This document shows positions 38,288-51,110 of a stretch of 64,000 bases of DNA, in pieces (the first letter of the stretch is position 1; every line of letters begins with the position of its first letter). The translations under genes and the position numbers were made by a program. The notes under the pieces were generated by a model, which was given only the letters and a program-made list of their open reading frames with translations, had not been told where the DNA came from and made no database searches. The DNA comes from Eledone cirrhosa (lineage: Eukaryota). The stretch is from assembly GCA_964016885.1 (NCBI GenBank), contig OZ024740.1, positions 223,138,001-223,202,000 of the forward strand, read 5' to 3'.

Positions 38288-38624
38288 TTCTGTTCTTGGC
38301 ACGGGGCAGCGATTGTCCCAGCGCATTGCTAGTGCCTTGTTTTGGGCCTAGAGCATGAAGGGCCGTTGCTCTATGCTGTAAAGCAAACAATTATTATTAT
38401 TATATAAAAACTGAACTGTAAATGTCAACAGTTGACATGATTTTGTATCAGTACTGACGGTAATATATGTATGTGTGTGAGAGTGGCGTGTGTCTGTTTG
38501 TATGCATGAGAGTCAGTGTGTGAGGGGTGTGTGTGTTTGTATGTATGAGTGTTGGTGTGTGAGTGAGTGTGTGTGTGTGCCGTGAGTGTCAATAAGTGGT
38601 GTGTTTTGTTTTTTTTTGTTATGA

Positions 38625-41600
38625 CCATGCTGTAAAATGGAGGGGTTGAGAGGGCCCATGAGTCCAGTAAGACATCTTCTCTAGTGCTGTTGAAACGAAT
38701 AAAAGCACCCAGTCCATGCTGTAAAGTGGCACTGGTGTTAGGAAGGGCATCCAACCAGTGTATCAATGCTAAAACAATTATGAGCACAGCAACAAATATA
38801 TAGGAACAACAAAAATATGAAGACGTCGCATCTCAGAGTTGCAACACTTAATGTTGGCACTCTCACAGGTAGATCTGCTGAAATAGTGGAGATGCTGGAG
38901 AGAAGGCATGTGGATGTGTGCTGTGTGCAAGAGGTGAGATGGAGAGGTGCCTCTGCGAGACTAGTCGCAGGCAAACCAAACATCTTAGCTATAAGCTTTT
39001 CTGTGTAGGTAAGGATGATGGGTTAGGGGGAGTAGGCATTTTCCTGGCTGAGAAATGGATCAATAAGACAATAGAGGTAGTTCGAGTTAGTAATCGAATA
39101 ATTAAGCTTAAATTAGTTGTAGGCAGGAGACTACTGACAATCATCTCTGCCTATGCTCCCCAAGCAAGCCTAGGCAAAGATGAGAAAGACTGCTTTTATG
39201 AGCAACTTTTACAAACAACTGCAATGACAGAAGACGGAGACATACTTATGCTAGCAGGGGACTTCAATGGTCATGTTGGACAGCTCCAGGATGGTTACAC
39301 TGGGGTACTTGTTGGGCACGGTTACGGCTCAAGAAATGAAGAAGAAGTGAGACTTCTTGAATTTTGTGATGCAAGTACACTGACTATTTGCAACACTAAC
39401 TTCCAGAAACTTGCCAACCACCTAATAAGCTACAAACCAGGCGAGCACATAAGCCAGATTGACTTCTTACTAGTTAGGCAGTGGGACAGGCAGATGGTGT
39501 CAAATACCAAGGCATACCCTGGGGAAGAATGTACCCCACAGCATATGTTAGTCGTTAGTGATATCTCAGTAAGCAAAAGATGGAATGAAACATACAGGAA
39601 GGAGTGGAGAAGGAAGGTTTGGAAGCTAAAAGACCTTTCACTAAAATACAGATTTAGGAAAGCCCTTCAAGATGTGTATGACGAAAATGAAGACGATTTA
39701 GAGTCATATGACATAGATAATAACTGGAATTTCCTATGTGACAACTTACTGCAGGCTACTGATGAAATGTTTGGCTGGAGCAGAGCTCCAACCAGACAGA
39801 GAGTGACCTGGTGGTGGTACAGCACAGTAGGTAGGGCTATTAGAGACAAAAGGCTAGCATGGAAGGCTTGGAAAAAGGGTGGGAGTAGAGAAGGATATAC
39901 AGCCACTAACAGAGAAGCTAGACTTCAGGTGTACTTAGCACGCAGGATGCAGAGAGTAGGAGGTTTGACAATGTTCTGCGACGGGAAGATCAGAGGTGTG
40001 TGGTGTTCCACATTGCAAGCCAGTATGTAAATGCAAATCAGGATGTTGTTGGAGATAAATGTGTCCGGAATGATGCCAGTGTACTTAGTGTCACAAATGA
40101 TCAGAAAAAGGAGGCCTGGAAATGTCATTATGAGAAACTGATGAATGTGGAGAATGATGGGAGAGAGAGAAATTATCCTGAGTAGATCTGACAGAGGGAC
40201 CAGCTATTGAGATTGACGAATATAGAGTCCAAGAGGCAATTAAGGAAATGAAAAATGGTAAGGCTGCTAGACCGTCAGGGATAGTTGCTGAGATGCTGAA
40301 GGTATCAGGTGACGTAGGCACTAAACTTGTTGACGCATCATTATTCAGGCTATATATGGTGGTGTCATACTCAAAGACTAGTGCAGCAGTATTCTCATAA
40401 ATTGCTACAAAGGTATGCTCTGGAGAGGAGCAATTATAGAGGTATAAAACTGATGGATCAGGTTATGAAAGTGGCAGAAAGGATATTAGCACAACTAATT
40501 AGAATAAAGGGTCAAACTAGATGAGATGCAGTTTGGTTTTGTGCCTGGCAAAAGTACAACAGATGCCCTCTTCTTGGTGAGACAATTATAAGAGAGGTTC
40601 TTAGAGAAGAATAAGCCATTATACTTAGCCTTTGTTGACCTAGAGAAGGCCTTTAATAGGGTACCCCTATCTGTCATCTGGTGGTCCCTAAGGAAACTAG
40701 GTGCTGAGGAATGGCTTGTGAGGACAGTGCAAACTTTGTACAGAGGTGCTGTCAGTAAAGTCAGGGAGGAATGGAGTTTAGTGAGGAATTCCAGATACAA
40801 GTAGGAGTACATCAAGGTTTGGTCCTCAGCCTGCTCTTCTTCATTATAGTCCTCCAAGCCATAACAGAGGAGTTTAAGACTGGCTGTCCATGGGAACTTC
40901 TCTATGCTGGCGATCTGGTTCTTATAGCAGAATCAGTAGAGGAGCTAGAGAATAAATACTGGCTATGGAACCAGCAATTGGAAGCAAGATGACTGAGAGT
41001 GAACCTAGCTAAGACAAACGTGTTGATGAGTAGAACATAGAACAAAACTCTGATTCCGTCAGGAAAATGGCCATGTTAGATATGCAGAAAAGGAACTGGC
41101 ATAAATTCTATAAAATGCACATAATGCAGATCCTGGGTACACAAGAGATGTAGTGGGATAGCAGGCAAACTAACAGGTAGGGAGAAATACGTATGCAGTA
41201 GATGTACAGGGATATTAGACAGTAGAAGTCGCATTGATAGACACATTTTTCAAATGCATGCAGGTGCTATAGAAGTGGTGGTAGCTTCCGGTACCTAGGA
41301 GATCAGATTAGCATGGGAATGGGGTGTTCCGAGGCCAAAGTATCTAGAATAAGGACGGGTTGGAAGAAGTTTAGGGAGCTGCTTCTTCTGTTGATGAAGA
41401 GGATTTCTCCCTGCGTACGAAAGGCCGATTATATGATGCCTGTGTGAGGAGCGCGATGCTGCATGGTAGTGAGACATGGGCAGCAACTGCAGAGGATATG
41501 CGATGGCAGGAGAGAAATGAGGCAAGCATGCTCCGTTGGATGCGCAATTTAAATGTGCGTGAACGACCCAGCATGGATGTGTTGAGAAGAGACTGCGGTG

Positions 41601-41846
41601 GTATGGACATGTGATATCATGGAGGATGACTGATGGGTGAAGAAATGCCAGTTGAAGGAAGACATGGTAGAGGTAGATCACGAAAAACATGGGCTGAGGT
41701 GGTGAGAACAGACATCAGATCGCTGAAACTCACGGTGAAGATGACAAAGGACCATGACAAGTGGAGAGATGCTGTGCTGAATAGGACCCATCCCACCCTT
41801 GCAAGCAGGGAAAAGTGGACGTAAAATGATGATGATGATGATGATA
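38625..41846 (+). mobile_element. RTE LINE subfamily 1, near full length, pseudogenised
   Basis: 5' UTR with GGAAGGGCATCC; LRVATLNVGTL, CVQEVRW, SAYAPQ, AGDFNGHVG, SQIDF, H.LVV.D (APE); RT motifs; PHD-like finger; 3' tail (TGA)n. Multiple stops and frameshifts. Confidence 0.95.
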
Positions 41847-42223
41847 TATATATATATATCATCATCATCACCGTTTTATGTTCGTTCTTCCATGCTAGCA
41901 TAGGTTATATATATGTATAAATATACAAATATCCTAACATACATATACAGATATAAACAGGAGTGGCTTTCGGTATGTATGTGTTTGTCTATAGGTAATT
42001 AGTGTGAATACTTTCTTACTTTTTCCTTTCTATTAATGTGTATATTTTTCTAAATATAGTTTTTCCAACGAATCTCTGTTCTTAAAATCCCTCTGCCAAT
42101 GACAATCACCAACTTCTCCAGCTGCTAGAAAACATATAAATACCAACATATCACAATGGTTTTCCTGATGATTTCCTTTGAATGAAACAGCTCTAGTCCC
42201 GTAGAAGCCATTTTTATACTAAA

Positions 42224-42301
<78 letters not shown>

Positions 42302-42303
<2 letters not shown>

Positions 42304-43075
42304 CAGGGACTACCACTGCTAGCTGCAAAAGCCTTTTGCCTCAAAATGAAAGGCAGACTGTATGATGCGTGCATATGAACAGCAATGTTACATGGTAGTG
42401 AGACCTGGGCACTGTGTGTAGAAGACTTGCATTGATTAGAAAGAAACGAAGCTTGCATACTCCGATGGATGTGTAATAGTAATATACATGAATGGCAAAG
42501 CATAAACGAATTGAGAGAGAGACAGAGCATAAGACGAATCAAATGCTGTGTGCAGGAGAGGAGGTTGCGTTGGTATGGACATGTGATGCATATAAAGGAT
42601 GACAGCTGCATAAAAAGGTGCAGAGCACTAAAAGTCGATTGAAGCCATGGAGTGGGGAGACCCTAGAAGACCTGGGATGAGGTGATAAAAGCTGACCTTG
42701 CCCAATTGCTCCTTTGAAAGACCTCACGCAGTAATACAGAAGTCCTGACTTTCCGCGTGAACAAGCCAAAGCTGAACCATATAGACAATATGCCCCCATC
42801 CCCTTCCACTGCAAAGTGGTTGCAGATGTGTCATGACAAAAATGCACCCAGCCCACACTGTAAAGTGGTCGTGTAAGCACCATGGTAAAAAAGCACCCAG
42901 TACTCACTGTAAATGAGGTTGGTGTTAGGAAGGGCATCCAGCTGTAGAAATCAAGCCTAAATCAGTTCCCGTATAAGCAAGATAAGGTGACCTGACCTGG
43001 CATTCTCCATAACAGGACAACCCATCTAACCCATGCTAGTGTGGAAGAATGGAAGTAAAACAGTGATGATGATTA
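42302..43075 (+). mobile_element. RTE LINE subfamily 2 3' fragment with a long SINE-like 3' UTR
   Basis: KGRLYDAC..HGSETW..LERNEA..RRLRWYGHV; then CCACTGCAAAGTGG repeats, GGAAGGGCATCC and a (TGA)n tail. Confidence 0.85.
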
Positions 43076-44532
43076 TATATATATATATCGTTGAGATTCA
43101 CTGAGGAGATAAAAAAAATAACGCAGTGAGTGGAGAGATACTGTGCTGAAAAGGACCCATCTAACCTATGCAAGTGTGGAAACACAGACGTTAAAATGAT
43201 GATAATAATTATGATGATGAGAAATAATAGCGTCGAAGATGGATGGTAAATGAAGATGATGATAATGATGATGTTTCTTTATTAGCCACATAGGACTGGT
43301 GTTAAGCAAACAATAAAGACAGTACAATAATAATACTGTTGCTTTTGCTGCTGCTTGCTACTAATATCACTACTACTACTACCACCATCACCATATGAAC
43401 TATTGTTGTTGCTGTTGTTGCAACAATTTGGAAGTATCAGTTCTTTATTTTTCCTTGAGGTCAGATTTATCAGATACTTTTGATAATTTTGACAGCTATC
43501 AGCCTTAAATTGTTCATTAAATTCAAAGATTTTTTCAGAAATTTTATCTCAACATAACAGAGACCAAACCTTTCTTTGTTTTCGGTGATTATGTGTTTGA
43601 GAAGTCTGTTGACAGGAATTCTAATAAAATCTTTCAATTGGGAACATCAAATTATCTGATTAAAATCATCCTCTAGAGAAATATTATTAAACTTCTAAAG
43701 ACAAAAAATAAAATACTTCAAAAGATATAGTTTATATTCATTAGAATATTAACTATTCTTCAGAACAAAAACAAAATAAATAATAAAAACTATGAAAGCA
43801 TAACGGGCATATTTTTAAATAGTCAAGTTGTTTAATAGAAATTAAGGGAGAGAGCATTAACTAATGTGTTTATGGTATAATCGGAATACAACCAGGCTCT
43901 GAGGAAGAAGAAGAATCGAAAATATTGCTGTGTTAGAGAATGATAAATTGTTATTGATTTTCTATGGATCAGTGCTACCAATATAGATTTGATGATTAGA
44001 TACTTAAGAATGGGTCATTGCACAACCTTCATTAATCACATTGAAATCTGCCAATAACAGTCTGTGTGTCCATCTTGCTACCTAAGATGTCAAAGTTTTA
44101 TCAAATTTCACTAGCAGAACAATATCAGCAGAGAAAGTCTCATCACTTTTATTTAATGTACATCAGAAAGAATTGGACATTTTCTGAAACTTAATCAATC
44201 ATTTATCTCATAGATTTTTTTATCTAATTGACGAAAAGCTGTATTATTTCTACAACTAGATCAAAGCAGAATGTTAGGGTATGAATAATTATGTTAAATA
44301 AATAATAATCATCATTAGTATTCTTACGTCTGGTTTACTAAGCTTGCAGACGTTGAGCAGGTCTTCTTCAATGCCATATCTTGCCACTTGTTGCATGTTT
44401 TTTTCATCTCCTTTCTGAAGATCAGCTTCCTGAGATCAGGTTTTAATATTTTATTCAAGTCTTCATCATCCAGGGCTTCAGTCCATTTGAAACTCCTACT
44501 GTTTCTTTATTCAACTCTTATTTCTCTGCATT

Positions 44533-44601
<69 letters not shown>

Positions 44602-44844
44602 GGTAGTTTTCTTTCTTGCACACAAAATCTGATTCTTCTTATACCTAGTTTTGGTTACAACTCATCTCAGCTTTGTCACCCATGCATTCTATTATTACAC
44701 ATAAAATAGGTATAAAAATTAAATCTAAAATATAAAACAATATATATGAAATCAAAGTTATATCTACTCATTACCTGTTTTCAGAGAATATTTCCATTAA
44801 CTTTTCCTTCTTTAATAAGTGTTAAACTAATATATGGAATTTCA

Positions 44845-45695
44845 TTTGACAGAGACCCCGTGCTATAATCTGGTGGGCTTTTAGAAAATTAGGAGTGAAT
44901 GGCTTGTGAAAGCTGTACAAGCCATGTATAGAGGAGCAGTCAGCAAAGTTAGGGTTAGCAATGACTAGAGCGAGGAATTTAGCATACAGGTCGGTGTCCA
45001 ACAGGGCTCTGTTCTTAGCCCTTTCCTGTTCATTATAGTTTTGCAGGCAATAACGGAGAAAGAAATGAAGCTTGCATGCTCCGATGGATGTGTAATAGTA
45101 ATATACGTGAACAGAAAAGCATAAACAAACTGAGAGAGAGACTGAGCATAAGAGGAATCAAATGCTGTGTACAGGAGAGGAGGTTGCGTTGGTATGGACA
45201 TGTGATGCGTATGAAGGATGACAGCTGCATAAAAAGGTGCAGGGCACTAAAAGTCGATGGAAGCTGCGGAGTAGGGAGACCGAAGAAGACCTGGGATGAG
45301 GTGATAAAAGCCAACCTTACCCAATTGCACCTCTCAAGGGTGATGACACACGACCATGACCTCTGGTGTCACGCATTAATACAGAAGACCCAACCCCCCA
45401 CGGGTACAAGCCGAAGCTGAAGCATATAGACAATATGCCCCACCCCCTCCCACTGCAAAGTGGTCGTGGAAGTGCCACGGCAAAAAAGCACCTATCCCAC
45501 ACTGTAAAGTGGACGTGTAGGCACTACGGAAAAAAAGCACCCAGCACTCACTGTAAATGAGGATGGTGTTAGGAAGGGCATCCAGCTGTAGAAATCAGGC
45601 CAGAATCAGTTCCCGTATAAGCAAGATAAGGTGACCTGACCTGGCATTCTCCACAACAGGACAACCCATCTAACCCATGCTAGTGTGGAAGAATG
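44845..45695 (+). mobile_element. RTE subfamily 2 fragment with an internal deletion at about 45060
   Basis: VGVQQGSVLSP..QAITE is joined directly to RNEACMLRWMC..RRLRWYGHV..GRPKKTW; same 3' UTR as 42720-43055. Confidence 0.85.
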
Positions 45696-45829
45696 TTTAT
45701 ACACTTTTATGTACACTATAAACAAATCATTTGTGCAGGCCTACAAAATGCCTCAGCAATGCTGGTATAGTCAAACCTTTGTATCTCTGGCTCTTCCATC
45801 TCTCACTATTATGAGCAAATTGGGGCCCA

Positions 45830-46090
45830 TGTGGTAGCTGGTCTGCGGGCATGGTGGGCAGAATAGAGAAGACATTTCCCAAAAGGATGGTGAGGGAGAT
45901 GCATTAGAAGAGCCATTCCAGTTTGTGAGGCTCACATCTGTGGGTAGCCAACTCCGTGCTGATGGTAGTCCTATGTCCAAGGACACTAGAAGTTTCCACT
46001 GCTACCTGCTTGACTGCAAACCTGTTGGAGAGAGACCAATACTAGGAGAGTTTGCTGTCATTGGTCCAAAGTGCAGCAGAGCCTGGATAG
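45830..46090 (-). mobile_element. Second, more decayed CRE-type fragment
   Basis: The reverse complement aligns to 1280-1530 (ACAGGTTTGCAGTC..GCAGTGGA.ACTTCT.GTGTCCT.GG..TGTGAGCC..TGGGAAATG.CTTCTC.ATTCTG). Confidence 0.75.
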
Positions 46091-46304
46091 TACTAAATGA
46101 AGCTACCATGCTTACTGATAAATGGTATCCTTTCATTCTTGTGAATTTGCATAGTTCGATAAAATAGAAGGCTGAAGTTAATTGTCGGTGTGTGTGATAA
46201 GTCTGAGATGCTATCAATACAAATATAGCTGAAATAAAAACTACAGCTAGACAAAGGCATAGTAATGATGTGTGTGATGTGGTGGTCAGTCAAGTGTACA
46301 AGTA

Positions 46305-46660
46305 TGTCTTAGTCTTAGATTCTTCCACGCTGTTCGGCGCATCGAGCAGTAACTACTCGCCAACAGTCACGATCAGCGGCAACATTTTGAGACCATGCCA
46401 GGTGATGTTGGCTGCCATCAGGTCCTTCCGGAACGTTCATCGCCAGGTGATCCTTGGGCAACCCCGCCTCCGTTTACCGCCAGGCGGAGTCCAGTTCATC
46501 GCTGTTTTCGAATGCCGTTCATTTTGGCAGATGCAGAATATGGTCAGCCACATGGCACCGACATTCCGTGACCACTCTCTGTAGCATCAATGACTCTCTG
46601 GAGGATCTCCTCATTTCACACTCGGTCGCTCCAGGACACATGAAGGATCTTTCACAGGCA
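46305..46660 (-). mobile_element. 3' end of a third RTE-like family with a (CTAAGA)n tail
   Basis: Minus strand gives HILHLP....WTPPGGKRRRG.PRITW and ends GAATCTAAGACTAAGAC; CpG-rich. Confidence 0.7.
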
Positions 46661-47309
46661 TAAACTTTGACTTTTTGTGGTACATGATAGTTGTGTCACA
46701 ATCATTGCAAGAAATTATCAAACACTAGCCTTACTTTAGTTGCTATTTCAATTCTAAGACAGTCTAGGGACCTCTATTTGTATTAATGGCAGACAGTAAA
46801 GTGTTATTGAGTAATATTAAACATGCTATGTAATACTCAGCTGAAAATTTCAATAGTATCTTAAACTGCATAAGTATATATGCAATGAAGCTTTCGGGCT
46901 ACTATCTTATCGAACTGTACAAATCCATAAGAATGAAATGATAGCATAGTTTGCTATTTGAGAGAACATGACAAAATTAGATCGCTTTTACCATAGTATC
47001 TACTTCAAACTTTTTCATTTAACAATGCCAACCTCTATACACATTCGTGCCTAAATAAGTTTCTGCTTTGTTTTATCATTATGTGACCATAATGTCTATA
47101 TATGTAATCTGAGTAAGTTATATTGACATAAAGACAAAATTAACAAAAAATAGAAATTACTATTGAACATAACATTTATAGAAGGCAAGGCTTAATATGG
47201 CTATTAACATATTTGTTGTTTGTTATCTAAACTTAACCTGTTCATTCATTCTCTTGTACTTTTTAGTTATGGTGTCATGGTTCATGAAACATATGGTTGA
47301 CATAGTGGA

Positions 47310-47515
47310 TTTACTCTTTAGCATTTAAACTGTCCATATTTGACCAGAATTCTCTCAACTCTTTCTGTTTAAACTGGTTGTAGCCAGCTGCTCATACCAA
47401 CGTTAGGTATTGTGCTCGAAATAAAAACCTCATAGATTCAATATTATGTGAGATAATCTTTACCTTGAAAAATACATTAGTATATATAGAGTGATGTAAA
47501 TGTTAAAGCGTTAAC
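47310..47515. mobile_element. Degenerate TTAA-ended MITE
   Basis: TTACTCTTTTAGCATTTA ... TAAATGTTAAAGCGTTAA imperfect terminal inverted repeats. Confidence 0.4.
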
Positions 47516-47892
47516 TTTAGCTAGATCACCAAAAGGAGTGTGCTTCTTAGCCTGATTAGCAAGAAAGCCATTGATTGGTAATAAATGAATAGATGCTACA
47601 TAAAATATATCCACTCCTCTCTTCCTATCTCCACCCTTCAGCATAAACCCTCTCTCATATATAATAAATATAATGTCTGTATGTATGTATGTGTGTGTGT
47701 GTATGTTTGTTTGTTACAAAATTCCAAAGGCGAAGCAAAGGAAAAAAGAGTGCCCTATGGAACACAGACGATGATAATAGATACATCTGGATCCTTCGTC
47801 AGATAGTGATGTTATCGTCTGTGTTCCAGAAACCTTTGGTAATGGAGTAGTTATATTTTGTGTTGTTCACTTTCTAATTAAATATGTATATA

Positions 47893-48185
47893 TCATCAAC
47901 ATCATCGTCATCATCATCGTTTAATGTCCATATTCCACGCTTGCATGGGTTTGGACGGGAGTTTTCCCACTTGAGGCAAGAGTGGTTGTCTTGCTCGCAT
48001 AGGACTGTCTGGCAGGTTTTCTACAGCTGGATGCACTTCCTAACACCAACCACATTTACAGTGTGGGACTGGGAGGTTTTTACCGTGTTACCTACACGGC
48101 CACATTACAGCGTGGACTGTGTGTTGTTTTTTTTGTCGTGACACCTACACGACCTCATTTGTTTCGGCCTGGATGTTGTGGCACC
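47893..48185 (-). mobile_element. RTE-tailed SINE-like fragment
   Basis: (CAT)n, then CTTGCATGGGTTTGGACGG, TTTCTACAGCTGGATGC.CTTCCTAACACCAACC. Confidence 0.7.
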
Positions 48186-48210
48186 AACATATATATATAT
48201 ATATATATAT

Positions 48211-49013
48211 AGGAAAAGGAACTGGCATAAATTCTATAAAATGTACACAATGCAGATCTTGGGTACACAAGAGATGTAGTGGGATAACAGGCAAACTAAT
48301 AGGTAAGGAAAAATACGTATGCAGTAGATGTACAGGGAAATTTGACAGAAGTCGCAGTGATAGACACATTTTTCAAACGCAGGTAGGTTCTATAGAAGTG
48401 GTTGATAGCTTCCGGTATCTAGGTGATCAGATTAGCATGAGAGGGGGCTGTTCCAATGCCATAGTATCTAGAATAAGGATGGACTGGTAGAAGTTTAGGG
48501 AGCTGCTTCCTCTGCTGACAGAGAAGGGTTTCTCCCTGCATACGAAAGGCCGATTATATGATGCTTCTGTGAGGTGCACGATACTGCATGGTATTGATAC
48601 ATGGGCAGCAAGGGCAGAGGATATGTGATGGCTGGAGAGAAATGAAGCAAGCATGCTGTGTTGGATGTGAAATGTCAATATATGTGAACGACCAACCATG
48701 GAAGAGTTGAGAGAGAAACTGCGTTTAAGAGGGATAAATTGTAGTGTACGGGAGAGAAGATTGCGATGGTATGGACATGTGATGCACATGGAGGATGACC
48801 GCTGGGTAAATAAGTGCCAAGAAATGCCAATAGAAGGAAGACGCAGTAGAGGAAAACCACGAAAAACATGGGCGGAGGTGGTAATAGCAGACCTCAGATT
48901 GCTGAAGCTCACAGAGAAGATGACGTTGGACTGTGACAAGTGGAGAGATGCTGAATGGGGCCTGTCTCACCCTTGCAAGCAAGGAAAAGCAGACGTAGAA
49001 TGATGATGATGAT
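48211..49013 (+). mobile_element. RTE subfamily 1 3' fragment between TA tracts
   Basis: Begins inside the PHD-like finger (NSIKCTQCRSWVHKRC); contains RRLRWYGHV and GKPRKTW; ends in a (TGA)n tail. Confidence 0.9.
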
Positions 49014-49104
49014 CTATATATATATATATACAGGAAAACTCGTCTTACTCATGTTAGTGAATGGACGTCTTACCCAGGCAAGAAGAATGGATGTAAAACA
49101 GTGA

Positions 49105-49165
<61 letters not shown>

Positions 49166-49263
49166 TATATCATCATCATCACTGTTTTACATCCATTCTT
49201 CCGAACTAGCATGGGTAAGACAAGTTGTCCTGTTGTGGACAATGCCAATATATATATATATAT

Positions 49264-49306
<43 letters not shown>

Positions 49307-49331
49307 TGTTTCTTTTATTTGCCACCAGGGC

Positions 49332-49466
<135 letters not shown>

Positions 49467-49899
49467 TATATATACATATATACACACATATATAAACATA
49501 TACACACACATATATAAACATATACACACACATGTATATATACATATACACACACATATATATATACAGACACACACATATATATATGGTGGCTGCCAAC
49601 TCGTTTTTGAGTACGGCCACTACTTTATATCCATGTAGGAGAACCCCTACCGATGCGCTGAACGAGTGTGACTTTTTAGTCCAGCCAGTGACTTGAAAAC
49701 TCTGGTACACTTGTGACAATTATTGACACATAGTGCTGGGTCCATGGTACCATGTGATGACAAATGCAGAGAGATCTCCATATATAAAGCAATGCCTGTG
49801 CTGTGAAGCTTTTATAGTGAGCAAAGGCACTGCACAAAGCCAGTCCCACTCACTTAACAAATATGATATTTACCAAAAAGAAGAACAAGTCAACATCAT

Positions 49900-50182
49900 T
49901 GGATACCATCAGGGTTGCAGGTGTTATATCAGAGTTTTCCTTCTCCTAGAATTCTGCCTTGACAAAGGCTAAGGGGTCATCTCTCCCAGTGATTTTGGAT
50001 GGCCATTGACTCTTAAGAGCTCCTATAGCCTTTGATAGGTTTTGCTTTTAGTCCTGCAGGATGTCCAAAGTCACCCTCCTCACCAAGAAACCTTGGTGGG
50101 GTTGCCAGTTTAGTCGCCAACGACCCGACCATGAGACAGGTTGTACTGGGATACATGTTACCAGTAGCACCAACTGGTGACC
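49900..50182 (-). mobile_element. 5' UTR-like segment of an RTE-type element (related copy at about 57770-57893)
   Basis: Minus-strand CTAGGAGAAGGAAAACTCTG motif typical of RTE 5' regions; CAGGTTGTACTGGG.TACATG.TACCAGTAGCA is shared with 57841-57873. Confidence 0.5.
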
Positions 50183-50342
50183 TTACATAATATATGTTTA
50201 TATATATATATACACACATACATACACATGCACAAACACATATATATATACACATATATCTACATGTATACATAATATACATATTTATATACATAATACA
50301 CACATTTATATACATATACACACACACAGACATATATATATA

Positions 50343-50495
50343 TGGGCAGAGGTGGTGAGAGCAGACCTCAGATCGCTGAAACTCACAGTGGAGATGACGA
50401 AGGACCGTGACAAGTGGACAGATGCTGTGCTGAATAGGACCCACCCCACCCTTGCAAGCAGGGAAAAGCGGACATAAAATGATCATGATGATGAT
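50343..50495 (+). mobile_element. RTE subfamily 1 extreme 3' fragment
   Basis: Matches 41688-41846. Confidence 0.9.
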
Positions 50496-50805
50496 ATATA
50501 TATATATATTTATATACATATTTTATATATATATAGATATTAGAAAGTGGGGTTTATTTTGCAAAATGAAAAATAACCGAGGTGTCCTACACAAGTGAAA
50601 GTATAAGGAAAAAAGATGAAATCGAAAATGCAACTGGAGTCTTATTTAAAAAAATATATATATTTATTTGGTTCCTTTACCGGTTTCACAGTTCTTCTGC
50701 TTTTCAAAAGTAGTGTTGAGATGGAGGGTCTGTGGTTTTTCTGGAAAAACTTGTACCGTTAAGTTCTTCTCCCTGGTTATGCCAATATTTATAAAACAAA
50801 CTTTG

Positions 50806-50866
50806 TATTTCATCTGATGAGAGCGTACCAAAGTTTTGGTACCCTTGAAATATATATAATAGAATA
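50806..50866 (+). ncRNA. Type I hammerhead ribozyme (PLE pLTR remnant)
   Basis: TATTTCAT-CTGATGA-GAGCGTACCAAA.TTTTGGTACCCTT-GAAA-TATATA-TA-ATAGAATA, with one mismatch each in stems I and II. Confidence 0.65.
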
Positions 50867-50913
50867 AATATGGTTTTATAAATATAGTTTCCATTTATTT
50901 AATATCATTATAT

Positions 50914-50998
<85 letters not shown>

Positions 50999-51051
50999 AA
51001 TATATATATATATAAATATATATCTATATAAATATATATCTATATAAATAT

Positions 51052-51088
<37 letters not shown>

Positions 51089-51110
51089 AATTACACAATA
51101 ATCAAAACTA

